A stretch of DNA of 62,351 nucleotides, the filler included, from Chiloscyllium plagiosum (Eukaryota): assembly GCF_004010195.1 (NCBI RefSeq). It is 3 parts of one record of this genome, joined end to end, with 100 filler letters (N's around TTAATTAATTAA, not from the genome) between each part and the next. Parts side by side here need not be neighbours in the genome. Positions count along the whole stretch, not along the records: positions 58,917 to 62,351 come from NC_057717.1; 2 more parts are not named here. The stretch is one strand, 5' to 3'. The notes below the pieces were generated by a model that ran no database searches, had not been told where the DNA came from, and saw nothing but the letters and a program-made list of their open reading frames with translations. Below are positions 61,380 to 62,351 of this stretch, one piece after another (the first letter of the stretch is position 1; each line of letters opens with the position of its first letter). The position numbers and the translations under genes were made by a program.

Positions 61380-61830
61380 GCTGGAGATCAGAACAGAACA
61401 AAATTATCCAAAGAAAAGCAGAAATATCTGAACAAAATCAACAGGTCTAGTGGATCTGAGGAGAGATATTCGAGTCAAACGATCCGCCTTTGGAGCGAAT
61501 GGTATGCGTAGGTGGAGCAGGGTCTAAAATGATTGAACTCAATGTTGGGGACTGAAGATTGCACGGTCTCTCAGTAGGAAATGACGTGCTGCTCTTCCAA
61601 CTCACGCTGTGCTATGCGGGATCTCTGCAGCACACCAAACTGACATGGAGGCATGGGAACACAGTGGGATGTTGCAATGAGAGGAACCTGGAAGCTCAGG
61701 GTCTTAGTTTGCTTGCCGACAGAACGTAGGTGTACTCATGTTTGTCACCCGCTTTGTTTTTCTCTCCACAGTCTCGATGATACCACATTCTGAGCAGGAA
61801 ATGCAGTTTTCTAAATTGAGTGATGGGCAG
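61380..61830 (-). mobile_element. Older Penelope-like element fragment (GIY-YIG endonuclease)
   Basis: Minus-strand remnants CISCSECG, EYTYVLS/HLRSV-like 'cacctacgttctgtc', DPELP, LEEQHVI and PNIEF. Confidence 0.75.
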
Positions 61831-62351
61831 ATAAATCAGTGGAACCTTACACAGTGTGGGGAGACATCATAAACGAGCAGCATTACACCTTCTGGGATTT
61901 CGTGTAATGGTGCCAAGTGGGGAAGTGCTAGGGGTCAAGGAGGATTGGACGATGGTGTACAGAGAGCAATTGTCCTGCATAGTGCCGGTATTCAGTGGTG
62001 TGGGCCAGTGGGGAAAGGGCAGTAGAATGTATATCTTTCTGAGCTACCTGCTATAAGTAAACACCTCACTACGGAGTAAAAGTATCAAATGATTTTCATT
62101 TCAACAACTGCACCAGGTGCAGCTTGAGAAGTTATGTGTTTGCACTGTCACTGTCACCATGTCTCCCCGGGAGCAGTAGTACTCCCCCACGCTGATTCAG
62201 ACAACACTGTTCTTCCTGTGACATGTCCCTTCGAGAATGGAAGGACAGGTATCAATAATCCGTACTTGGAACGGAGTATCTGTATTGCTCAATAACAATT
62301 GCTTAACTATCCTAACTCCTTTTCAAATCACTTGACCCACATCCTTGTATG

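Noticed and set aside
62160..62351. Possible CR1 ORF1 remnant on the minus strand
   Set aside because: Similarity too faint to support by eye.

Overview
This is eukaryotic, repeat-dense genomic DNA from a draft assembly with 7 N-gaps, two of which contain an artificial TTAATTAATTAA linker. The repeats (CR1 LINEs ending in (GTTCTAT)n-type tails, HE1-type tRNA SINEs, Penelope-derived hairpins) point to a cartilaginous fish (shark); this is inference. No intact protein-coding gene is visible, and most long ORFs in the track are broken CR1 ORF2 pieces or N-runs. Main structures: (1) An inverted duplication of about 13 kb and 12 kb (arms ~2982-15976 and 18474-30461, ~95% identical in a hand-counted sample), whose arms carry private insertions (Tx1 LINE with a 16-bp TSD, a SINE) and private deletions. 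(2) An older, diverged cassette shared by the arms, 43-50 kb, 55.6-57.5 kb and 32.5-34.2 kb. (3) A disabled first exon with TATA/CCAAT promoter resembling the expanded shark GPR139/GPR142-like receptors (minus strand, 50810-50983); no second exon was found. (4) Penelope fragments and Penelope-derived palindromes with hammerhead-ribozyme-like cores. (5) A Harbinger Myb/SANT relic. (6) Two ~1 kb CpG-undepleted, coding-like segments without recognisable TE similarity, each starting at a linker gap; these are candidate endogenous viral or large-DNA-element relics and are unproven.
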